DNA of 62,114 bases, counting the filler. It is 3 parts of 3 records of this genome, joined end to end, with 100 filler letters (N's around TTAATTAATTAA, not from the genome) between each part and the next. Parts side by side here need not be neighbours in the genome. Positions count along the whole stretch, not along the records: positions 49,153 to 62,114 come from SRR22947727_1566; 2 more parts are not named here. One strand, 5' to 3'. Both the position numbers and the translations under genes were made by a program. A model generated the notes under the pieces. That model worked only from the letters and a program-made list of their open reading frames with translations, did no database searches and was not told where the DNA came from. Numbering within the stretch: position 1 is the first letter of the stretch; each line of letters opens with the position of its first letter. Below are positions 54,855 to 62,114 of the stretch, in pieces.

Positions 54855-56210
54855 CTAGCTGGTGGCTTCTTCGCTGGCTTCCTCACTGGCCTCTTCTGGC
54901 GCAGCAATCGCCGCGCCGCTGATCACGTCTGTGTAGTTTGAAACTACCTCTTCTATGCTCGCTTGTTCCATTATGAGGTCGACTACCTGATCTTCAAGTA
55001 CAGCCATTTCAATATTATTCATTTGCTCTGGGTTACTTCGATACCATTCAATGACCTGTTCTGGCTCGCCGTAAGGTGCAGCAATTTCTTGCAGACGCGC
55101 ATCGATCTTTTCTGGATCAGCAACCATTGCTTTGCTGGTCATGATTTCATTCACAACAAGTCCCACTTTCACGCGCTTTTCAGCCTGATCTTGGAACAAT
55201 GCATCTGGCAAATCTAACTGTTGGGCCTGACCAGGAGGCATTTGGAATTGGCTCATCATCTGATCTTTAAGCACATGAATTTCGCGATGCACAACGTCGT
55301 GAGGCAGCGAGAAGTCATGGATTTCGCTCAGACCGTCCATAGCCTGCTGCTTGACCTGGTTCTTAATCGCATTGTCCAGTTCACGAGTCATATTGGCTTT
55401 CACTTCAGAGAGAAAAGCCTCTTCTGTGGTTTCATCAATGCCAAACTTCTTAAAGAATTCTTCATTCATCTCCGGTAGTTGTGTCTCTTTGACATCAATC
55501 ACCTTGACGCTGAACTGCACTGTTTTACCCTGCATGTCCTCGGCTTGGTAATCGTCAGGAAATACAGCATCAAAAGTTGACTCCTCACCGGCAGACAAAC
55601 CCACCACGCCTTTGTCGAAATCAGCAATCATTTGACCTTTACCGAGAGTAAACGCCATGCCCTCGCCGCATGCAGATTCAACCCGCTCGCCGTCCAACAT
55701 GCCTTCAAAATCAACGGTAATTTGATCGCCGTCAGCAGACGCGCGCTCAACTATTTCTTGTGTTGCATTTTGCTCACGCAACTTAACAATCATGTCGTCC
55801 AAATCGGCGGCCGTAATTTCTGCTGATGGGCGCTTAACCGCGATCTTATCGAAATTGGCCAGTTCAACAGATGGGAATACTTCAAATGTTGCAGTGAACT
55901 CAAAATCTATGCCCGGATCCATTTTGATCACATCTAACTTGGGCGAACCAGCTGGCGTTAAAGACTCCTGCTGCACAGCTTCTACAAAGCTGCTCTGCAT
56001 TAATTCGCCTGCGACTTCAGCACGAATAGCGCTGCCATAGCGACGTCTAACTTCCTTCAATGGCACCTTGCCCGCTCTGAAGCCGGGTATTTTTACTTTG
56101 CCGCGAGCGTCATTTAAGCGCGCCGCTATCTGGTTTTCGAACTGATCGCCGTCGATGGTTATGGTTAATCGCCGTTCAAGGCCAGTCATTGTTTCAATAG
56201 ATACGTTCAT
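54855..56210 (-). CDS. tig: Trigger factor
   Basis: IPGFRAGKVP ribosome-binding motif, FKBP-like domain; tig-clpP-clpX-lon order. Confidence 0.95.
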   Translation of the reverse strand: MNVSIETMTGLERRLTITIDGDQFENQIAARLNDARGKVKIPGFRAGKVPLKEVRRRYGSAIRAEVAGELMQSSFVEAVQQESLTPAGSPKLDVIKMDPGIDFEFTATFEVFPSVELANFDKIAVKRPSAEITAADLDDMIVKLREQNATQEIVERASADGDQITVDFEGMLDGERVESACGEGMAFTLGKGQMIADFDKGVVGLSAGEESTFDAVFPDDYQAEDMQGKTVQFSVKVIDVKETQLPEMNEEFFKKFGIDETTEEAFLSEVKANMTRELDNAIKNQVKQQAMDGLSEIHDFSLPHDVVHREIHVLKDQMMSQFQMPPGQAQQLDLPDALFQDQAEKRVKVGLVVNEIMTSKAMVADPEKIDARLQEIAAPYGEPEQVIEWYRSNPEQMNNIEMAVLEDQVVDLIMEQASIEEVVSNYTDVISGAAIAAPEEASEEASEEATS

Positions 56211-56538
56211 TCTCTAATTCATTCGAGGTGGATACAAAAGAAATGGGCTAACCAGCGGATTTCGATCCTACTGCCTATTAAGTGCAAACAGGTGCACCCC
56301 CTACCAAAAATTTGTTGTGACCCACGCAACCGCGTCGGTCAAATCGCCGACTATCTTACACCACGAATCATGCAAATGTTTTAGAAATGTTCACCTTTCG
56401 TGTGTGACCACAGACAGCTGCCTAAGCCGTCCAATATAGGTCTCAGTTCCTAGGCACGACAGCCCAGAACTGCCTACATGAATCTAATTCGACAAGCCGA
56501 GCTCTACATAGGACGCGACCACTCGATCAGGTGCAAAC

Positions 56539-57669
56539 TCAGTCGTCCATAACGCGACGCATCTTTTCCGTGGCGGCTAAGAAATCCTGCATAAAATCGT
56601 ACATTACCGACTTACAAGACTGCACTTCATTCATTAAGCCAACGCCTTGGCCCACCCAATAAGTGGCCAACTGCCTCGCACCAGGATGGCCCCCTTCCGC
56701 CATTTTAGTGATTTTGCTCAATGCGGGTTCGCTGACCAAGGGTTGTAGCGGCATGGGCAATGGATCTGGCGCATCCTCATCTTCCCAAGCATCTGTCCAT
56801 GGTGATCTCATCTGTCGAGAATACTTACCCGTCCGGCTACGTGAGCGCACTGTATCTCTGGAATTGGTGGACAACATCTTCTCTTTAATCACCGGTGAAG
56901 TGGATGCCTCCGAGGTGGTTAGCCACATAGACCCCGTCCATGCGCCATGTGCGCCCATAGTCATAGCCGCAGCCATTTGCCGGCCAAGAACAATGCCCCC
57001 TGCGGCAAGTACCGAAATATCTTTGAACTCTTTGATCGCCTCGCAAACCTCAGGCACCAAAACCATAGTAGATACCTCACCACAATGCCCCCCAGCCTCG
57101 GTACCCTGTACAACAATCACATCAACGCCAGCCTCGGCCTGCTTTAAAGCGTGCTCTTTAGCGCCAACTAGCGCAGCAACGGCAACATTGTTCGCTTTAC
57201 CCAACTCCAGCATGTAGCGCGGTGGCACACCCAGAGCATTTGCGATCATCTTAATAGGATGAGCAAAAGCCACGTCCATTAGTGCTGCCGCTTTACTCTC
57301 CCCCAAAAACGCATCGCTTGTGCCAGCACTAAAGTCGTAGATTCCAGCAGTGTCTAACCCGTGTTGTGCTAACACCGAGGAAGCAAAATCTCTATGTTCA
57401 TTAGGCACTAAGGCACTGATGTTGGTGGCTACATCGTTTTCTTGTGCGGCCATTGTCGTGGGCACAATGATATCTACCCCGTAGGGTTTGCCATCAATGT
57501 GATCATCTATCCACTTCAATTCAATTTCTAATGCTTCAGGTGACAAGCCAGCGGCGCCAAGAATACCCATGCCTCCAGCTTTAGAAACCTCCACCACTAC
57601 GTCGCGGCAATGGTTAAAGGCAAATATTGGAAACTCAATACCCAGTTTTTCACATAACTCAGATTTCAT
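56539..57669 (-). CDS. Nitronate monooxygenase / FabK-like flavoenzyme
   Basis: Start MKSELC; VSKAGGMGILG, QGTEAGGHCG, LAAGGI, GAWTGSMW, GQGVG. Confidence 0.88.
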   Translation of the reverse strand: MKSELCEKLGIEFPIFAFNHCRDVVVEVSKAGGMGILGAAGLSPEALEIELKWIDDHIDGKPYGVDIIVPTTMAAQENDVATNISALVPNEHRDFASSVLAQHGLDTAGIYDFSAGTSDAFLGESKAAALMDVAFAHPIKMIANALGVPPRYMLELGKANNVAVAALVGAKEHALKQAEAGVDVIVVQGTEAGGHCGEVSTMVLVPEVCEAIKEFKDISVLAAGGIVLGRQMAAAMTMGAHGAWTGSMWLTTSEASTSPVIKEKMLSTNSRDTVRSRSRTGKYSRQMRSPWTDAWEDEDAPDPLPMPLQPLVSEPALSKITKMAEGGHPGARQLATYWVGQGVGLMNEVQSCKSVMYDFMQDFLAATEKMRRVMDD

Positions 57670-57935
57670 ACTCCGCTCCCCAGCAAAAAAATGTAGGGCC
57701 AAAACTTAACACAGACACAAAAGATTTTTGGCAAAATTGGCGCCTTCATCTCAGCAACAAACCCACCTTAAAACTCAGAGGCGTGAGCGTCGTTGCTCAC
57801 TCAACCAATGCAATTTACTCCTCAGTCGTTACTCACAGCAGCGTGCGATGGCGGCTTTAAGCTATTGCTTGCACCACACCTTTACCTGAGTATTCTCAAG
57901 CATTGTAGAAAATCAAAAATTGAGGACTGACACCC

Positions 57936-58547
57936 ATGCTAAAATTACATTTTGCGCCGAACTCTCGTGCGGGGAGAATTGTTTGGTTATTAGAAGAATT
58001 AGAACTGCCTTACGACATCAACAAAATGGCTTTTCATCCACAAGACCTGAAGTCGGATGAACACAGAGCACGACACCCTCTTGGTCGGGTGCCGGTTTTA
58101 GATGACGGAGACATCACTATCTTCGAGTCAGGGGCTATCGTTGAGTATGTCATCGCCCGACATAAAAATGGCGGTCTCAAACCCAGTGAAAATTCCCCTC
58201 TGTTTCCAGAGTACCTGCAGTGGTTTCACTATTGCGAAGGAATGGTTATGCCACCAATCAACACTATTGTTGTACAAACCGTGCTATTACCACCAGATCG
58301 GCGCGACGAGAAAGCACTCAGCCAAGCCCAGCGACTTTTAACCAAGGCCTTAGAACCGGTCAACGAGGCATTAGCTGGCAGAGACTATTTGATAGGCGAT
58401 TTTTCAGCCGCAGACATCATGCTAGGCCACGCATGTTTTATGGGTAACCGACTGGGCTGTGTAGGCGAAGAAATGCCCCACCTAAAAGCTTACGTTGAGC
58501 GCGTAGCAAACCGGCCAGCGTTTAAAACCGCCATAGAAATGCAGTAA
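57936..58547 (+). CDS. Glutathione S-transferase family protein
   Basis: GAGG RBS; PNSRA, HPLGRVPVL, FESGAI, FSAADIML, RPAF. Confidence 0.92.
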   Translation: MLKLHFAPNSRAGRIVWLLEELELPYDINKMAFHPQDLKSDEHRARHPLGRVPVLDDGDITIFESGAIVEYVIARHKNGGLKPSENSPLFPEYLQWFHYCEGMVMPPINTIVVQTVLLPPDRRDEKALSQAQRLLTKALEPVNEALAGRDYLIGDFSAADIMLGHACFMGNRLGCVGEEMPHLKAYVERVANRPAFKTAIEMQ

Positions 58548-58637
58548 CGAATGGACGGGGTTTTATACAGGAGGTTGGGACTAGACCTAAACCCGTTCGC
58601 CCTTGAGTAAAACCCAAAAACAAAAAAGCACAGGGCA

Positions 58638-58678
58638 AACGAAGGGCTTAAGCGGGGCGAACAATGGCGTGCGAACCC
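58638..58678 (-). repeat. Degenerate direct repeat of the tRNA-His 3' end plus 14 nt of trailer (att-like)
   Basis: 33 of 41 positions identical, ungapped, to 61560-61600. Confidence 0.75.
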
Positions 58679-58702
58679 TCTAGCCTTCAGCCACGGCTTG
58701 GA

Positions 58703-58741
58703 TCAGTTCAGTTCAGTTCAGTTCAGTTCAGCTCAGCTCAG
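58703..58741. repeat. Pentanucleotide microsatellite
   Basis: (TCAGT)5(TCAGC)2TCAG. Confidence 0.9.
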
Positions 58742-58805
58742 ACTAGCGCATCCAGGCGCGTAAATACCTAGCAACTGGGCACAGCTACTGCTACTGCGCG
58801 CACCA

Positions 58806-58837
58806 ACGGTCATTTTCAGCGAACTGACAATGACCGT
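58806..58837. repeat. Long hairpin downstream of the aldehyde dehydrogenase gene
   Basis: ACGGTCATT-t-TCAG-cgaa-CTGA-c-AATGACCGT: 13 bp with one mismatch. Confidence 0.75.
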
Positions 58838-58864
58838 GCAGAGGTTTCTTCTACGGCGTTAAAA

Positions 58865-60325
58865 TCAAATTGAGCCAAGAATTGAGCTTATTTTCTTTCG
58901 GAACTTTGGCCCAAATGGCGGTCGCGCACCAATGATTGGCAACACATCAATCATGGTTTGGCTGTAAATCGCCCGCGGATGGCTCATGTTTCTAAACCCT
59001 TCCGGACCGTGATAGGCACCCATACCAGAAGCACCAAAGCCACCAAATGGCAGATCCTCTTGTACATAGTGAAGCGTAATATCGTTGATACAGACACCAC
59101 CACTTTGCACGTGGCTCAGCAAATACTCTTGCTCACTTTTATCTTTGCCAAAATAGTACATGGCGAGAGGGTTTCGACGGGGTTCAATCTTATCCGGAAC
59201 TTCGCTGATATCAGCATAGGTCATGACAGGGAGGATAGGGCCAAAAATTTCCTCATGCATAACCTGCATGTCTTCATTGACGTTCTGAAGAATGTGCAGA
59301 GGCATACGACGATTATCTTTAGACGCACGAGTCTTCTCAGCACCGACTATGGTGAGCTTGGCGCCTTTAGAAACAGCATCATCAATATAGTTCTTCAATC
59401 TAGCAAAGTGCCTTTCGTTGAAAACACCCGCATAATCCGTGTTGTCGGTGATGTTGGGATACATTGACTGCGTCTCATGAATAACCCTTGCAATTAGCTG
59501 CTCTTCCAGCTCCTCAGGCACCAAGACATAGTCTGGTGATAGGCAGAGTTGTCCGCCGTTCAAGAGCTTACCGAAAGCCAGGCGAGTTCCGGCGAGATCA
59601 AGTTTTGCACTGCGACCAATGACGACAGGTGATTTGCCGCCAAGTTCTAGAGTGACAGGAACAAGGTTTTTTGACGCAGATTGCATCACTTGCCGACCAA
59701 CGTGAGTGGACCCAGTAAACAAAAGGTGATCGAACGGCAGCTCCGCAAATCTTTGACTGACATCTGCGCCGCCGGTGACAACCGCCACCTCATCTTCTGA
59801 AAAATATTTCGGCACAACTTCTGCAAACAGAGCCGCAGTTTCAGGCACGTATTCTGACGGTTTCAGTAATGCTCGGTTACCAGCTGCCAGCGCACTGGTC
59901 AAAGGCGCCACCGTCAGACCGAAGGGCAGGTTCCAGGGGGAAATAATACCCACAACGCCCTTTGGGAAATATCTGACCTGTCCCTTCCCACCCAAAAAAT
60001 TCATCGGTTTGTTGGTTTTGCGCGTTTCAGGTTTCATCCACGCTTTTAGATGTTTCATCGAGTAGTCGATGGCTTCGACCTTTGATGCAAACTCCGAGAA
60101 CAAACTGAATTCGTAAGATCGCGCACCGTTGAATTCGCGTTTTGTTGTGGTGGCAAACTCTGTCTTGTTTTCAACAATCAGTGCTTTGAGTCTTTTTAGA
60201 CGGTCAATTCGTGTTGCATAGGTGACCTCGCCCTCTGCACGGAAATTGCTTCTTTGTCGTTCGACTAACGCATCCAGATTCTGGACCGCTAATTCTGTGA
60301 CGTTGTTGTGCTCTGCTTCGCTCAT
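58865..60325 (-). CDS. Coniferyl aldehyde dehydrogenase-like NAD(P)+ aldehyde dehydrogenase (CalB-like)
   Basis: Start MSEAEH after AGGA; SPWNLP, LKPSE, FTGS, LELGGKSP, GQLC, EEIFGP, PFGGFGASGMGAYHG. Confidence 0.88.
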   Translation of the reverse strand: MSEAEHNNVTELAVQNLDALVERQRSNFRAEGEVTYATRIDRLKRLKALIVENKTEFATTTKREFNGARSYEFSLFSEFASKVEAIDYSMKHLKAWMKPETRKTNKPMNFLGGKGQVRYFPKGVVGIISPWNLPFGLTVAPLTSALAAGNRALLKPSEYVPETAALFAEVVPKYFSEDEVAVVTGGADVSQRFAELPFDHLLFTGSTHVGRQVMQSASKNLVPVTLELGGKSPVVIGRSAKLDLAGTRLAFGKLLNGGQLCLSPDYVLVPEELEEQLIARVIHETQSMYPNITDNTDYAGVFNERHFARLKNYIDDAVSKGAKLTIVGAEKTRASKDNRRMPLHILQNVNEDMQVMHEEIFGPILPVMTYADISEVPDKIEPRRNPLAMYYFGKDKSEQEYLLSHVQSGGVCINDITLHYVQEDLPFGGFGASGMGAYHGPEGFRNMSHPRAIYSQTMIDVLPIIGARPPFGPKFRKKISSILGSI

Positions 60326-60368
60326 ATTAATTTTCCTAAATTGCCCTGCATTTTTTTTATTTGTTGAT

Positions 60369-61052
60369 TCAACTAAACTTTTGGCTAGATGTTGGTGTGG
60401 CTTCTGCACGAATGCCTTCAATGATACGAACGACATTCCTGACAAAGAGTGGTTCAGACGCAAAACTGGCGATGAGATCCTGGACATCGTCAGGCAACTC
60501 TTCATTAACAAGCGAGGGACCCTGGTCAGCGCCCATCGCACCAATCAGCAGAACACCCATTGTTTTCACTACCTCCGTCGCTTGCGCTTTGCTCAATTTG
60601 AGAGAAGTTGACGTGGCCTTTGCAACGACTTCCACCTGCGTTATGAACACGCGCTTAGACTCGATTAATCTTGGAATCGCAACATTGTGTTCGATGACAT
60701 GTTCAAGCCTGATGAGCAAGGGCAAGAAGGTGCCATCCGCCACGGCGGTGTTATACAGCGCCCGGGCATACGTCTCGCTGGTCATGGAATCAGATAAGTA
60801 ACCTATAAAAACCTGGCTCCATCGAATGAGACTTTGCTCATAAAGGGTCAGAAAGAGCTCTTCCCTAGTTTTGAAGTAAAGATAGAGCGTGCCTTTGACG
60901 ACCCCGGATTTCTTGGCAAGTTGAGTCATAGAAAATGCCTCGTAGCCAACGTCAAGGAAATGTGTTTCGGCAGCCTCCAGCACGGCTTGCCGCCGCTGCG
61001 CCTTTTGTTCTGCGCTTCTCGCCCTCCGATTAATTGCAACGACTGAATTCAC
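60369..61052 (-). CDS. TetR/AcrR family transcriptional regulator
   Basis: RARSAEQKAQRRQAVL..LAKKSGVVKGTLYLYFKTREELF; GTG start at 61052 preferred because the ATG at 61133 lies inside the promoter/operator. Confidence 0.88.
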   Translation of the reverse strand: MNSVVAINRRARSAEQKAQRRQAVLEAAETHFLDVGYEAFSMTQLAKKSGVVKGTLYLYFKTREELFLTLYEQSLIRWSQVFIGYLSDSMTSETYARALYNTAVADGTFLPLLIRLEHVIEHNVAIPRLIESKRVFITQVEVVAKATSTSLKLSKAQATEVVKTMGVLLIGAMGADQGPSLVNEELPDDVQDLIASFASEPLFVRNVVRIIEGIRAEATPTSSQKFS

Positions 61053-61113
61053 ATTTGTATCCAACTGTTTTTTACCTGTTTGTTCGACCGGCCTTAAGCA
61101 AGTCGCTTCCAAA

Positions 61114-61161
61114 ATATAACTGACCGTGGTCATTTATATAGTTAGCCGTCGATCAATTCAA
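61114..61161 (-). promoter_or_regulatory. tetR promoter overlapped by a palindromic operator
   Basis: TTGAAT-N17-TATAAA on the minus strand; palindrome ATATAAcTGACC-gt-GGTCAtTTATAT at 61114-61139. Confidence 0.7.
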
Positions 61162-61574
61162 GTCCATCCTTTAAAAATTGTTTAGGAAAATTGGCAACAC
61201 GCAGCGTTGAACCAAGATGAGACTGCTCGGAATTAGACTTTTTCCTTCACAGTCATCTGAGTTAGATCGCTTATGGACAGAGGCGGATTGCCAGCTTTGC
61301 CGCCAAAACGGGGGACAAGAATGTTGCAGCCACCAGACGACAAAGCCCGAGGAAGCTCACATAGTCGTCATAGATTTAGGAGAAGGAGTTGGACAAAAAT
61401 TTGTAGGACAGCGCTTTAGGGTCATGCTGCGAAGAGGATTCTGCCCACCTAGGCCGGCTTTAAAGACGCGGTTGAGAGCACCATGCAGAATAAGATTTTG
61501 GCGGCTACTTTGTAAAAAATGCGAGCAAGTCGGCCTGAGAAACTAACAAGCGCTTAGCGAACGAAGGGCTTAAA

Positions 61575-61651
61575 TGGGGTGGACGATGGGGTTTGAACCC
61601 ACGACCGCCGGAATCACAATCCGGAGCTCTACCAACTGAGCTACGCCCACC
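61575..61651 (-). tRNA. tRNA-His(GUG)
   Basis: GGTGGGCGTAGCTCAGTTGGTAGAGCTCCGGATT-GTG-ATTCCGGCGGTCGTGGGTTCAAACCCCATCGTCCACCCCA; G-1 and CCA encoded. Confidence 0.97.
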
Positions 61652-61663
61652 ATTGTGCCGCGA

Positions 61664-61669
61664 ATTATA
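61664..61669 (-). promoter_or_regulatory. -10 box upstream of tRNA-His
   Basis: TATAAT followed by GC-rich TCGCGGC, 12 nt before the tRNA; -35 is weak. Confidence 0.5.
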
Positions 61670-61818
61670 GGGATGTGTTCATCAGGACGCCAGAGGTTTT
61701 CAGCCTTCTCGTGGAATAGATCGCACATTAGGCGTTTAAATCAGTATCGGCTCTATAATTAGGTCTGGATAAGGGGGATTTAACTTAAAAACCTACAGCC
61801 CTAGATGTTTAGTTGCTC

Positions 61819-61863
61819 GAAAAGCAGAGTGAGAAGCATAGTGAGAAGCAGAGTGAGAAGCAG
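61819..61863. repeat. 12-bp tandem repeat
   Basis: GAAAAGCAGAGT GAGAAGCATAGT GAGAAGCAGAGT GAGAAGCAG. Confidence 0.85.
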
Positions 61864-61885
61864 GAATCGAGAACTGACTTATATC

Positions 61886-61959
61886 TAGGGGCACAGGGAG
61901 TCGAACCCCGAACCTACGCCTTAGAAGGGCGTTGCTCTATCCAGTTGAGCTATACCCCC
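61886..61959 (-). tRNA. tRNA-Arg(UCU), no encoded CCA, enclosed by an 11-bp inverted repeat
   Basis: GGGGGTATAGCTCAACTGGATAGAGCAACGCCCT-TCT-AAGGCGTAGGTTCGGGGTTCGACTCCCTGTGCCCCTA; A20 identity base present. Confidence 0.9.
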
Positions 61960-62057
61960 AGATATAAGTCGCCTCTTCAATCAATAGATGTAGTCACTGG
62001 CAAAGGATTGAAGAACTTGGGTGAGCGTTGAAAGGTATTTCCAGACGCCGATAAAAA

Positions 62058-62114
62058 TGGTCGGGGTAGAGAGATTCGAACTCCCGACATCCTGCTCCCA
62101 AAGCAGGCGCGCTA
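62058..62114 (-). tRNA. tRNA-Pro(UGG), 5' truncated by window edge
   Basis: CCTGCTT-TGG-GAGCAGGATGTCGGGAGTTCGAATCTCTCTACCCCGACCA. Confidence 0.93.

Larger units (their letters stand above)
58638..61600. mobile_element. Putative decayed genomic islet at tRNA-His (tetR + aldehyde dehydrogenase; no integrase)
   Basis: Bounded by the 41-bp degenerate direct repeat, one copy of which is the tRNA 3' end. Confidence 0.55.

Noticed and set aside
56241-56273. AAATGGGCTAACCAGCGGATTTCGATCC upstream of tig as a second decayed tRNA 3' end
   Set aside because: Only 17 of 28 positions match the tRNA-His end and no proper T stem forms; better explained as a small leader hairpin.
57783-57836. GTCGTTRCTCAC direct repeat and small hairpin between the flavoenzyme and GST genes
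   Set aside because: Only two 12-nt copies; too short for a CRISPR array or a confident operator call.
60326-60544. N-terminal extension of the aldehyde dehydrogenase in the ORF track
   Set aside because: It overlaps tetR; the RBS and family length point to the ATG at 60325.
56663-60801. Long antisense ORFs such as 56663-57217, 58958-59467 and 60361-60801, and similar shadows elsewhere
   Set aside because: They lie opposite well-supported genes and have no motifs; they are expected shadows of codon bias.
60329-61192. 12-bp inverted pair TTTAGGAAAATT flanking tetR as possible IS ends or an invertible segment
   Set aside because: One copy is the dehydrogenase RBS, the motif is AT-rich, and there is no transposase, recombinase or target duplication.
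61217-61546. 109-aa ORF divergent from tetR
   Set aside because: No recognisable domain, no clear RBS and an atypical Arg/Cys-rich composition; no integrase remnant could be read in this interval.
61813-62031. 72-aa ORF with EKQS repeats
   Set aside because: It is the antisense reading of tRNA-Arg plus the 12-bp repeat.
1-62114. CRISPR arrays, prophage, transposases, retrons, toxin-antitoxin or restriction systems
   Set aside because: No repeat-spacer periodicity and no ORF with the relevant motifs were seen in any of the three contigs.

Overview
The window is not one locus. It is three unrelated contigs joined by identical 100-nt artificial spacers (44 N + TTAATTAATTAA + 44 N) at 24600-24699 and 49053-49152. 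Contig A (1-24599) is AT-rich and very compact. It carries betaproteobacterial-type housekeeping genes, probably from an OM43/Methylophilaceae-like streamlined genome (inference): groL end, uvrD, thrB, polA, dusB-fis-purH-purD-tsaC-hemF, ilvD, lgt, cstA, coaBC-dut, rpmB-rpmG. Contig B (24700-49052) is an AT-rich alphaproteobacterium. It has a tRNA 3' end followed by a small decaying accessory patch (desaturase, S46 peptidase remnant, frameshifted nitroreductase), then a second coaBC-dut pair, an Opp peptide ABC transporter, tRNA-Thr, metG, hpf-ptsN, mnmA, SulP, UDG, RimK-like ligase and ETF-QO. Contig C (49153-62114) is a higher-GC gammaproteobacterium with tig-clpP-clpX-lon-hupB-ppiD, four accessory genes and a tRNA-Pro/Arg/His cluster. 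I see no CRISPR array, integrase, transposase, phage or defence genes, and no multi-gene novel system that I can support. The most unusual signals are non-coding: (1) a tRNA-Arg(UCU) gene without encoded CCA whose leader and trailer form a perfect 11-bp extension of the acceptor stem; (2) a degenerate copy of the tRNA-His 3' end that brackets a tetR + aldehyde dehydrogenase islet; (3) a nitroreductase split by a -1 shift at A_AAA_AAA. Product and taxon calls come from recognising motifs and gene order by eye, not from database searches.
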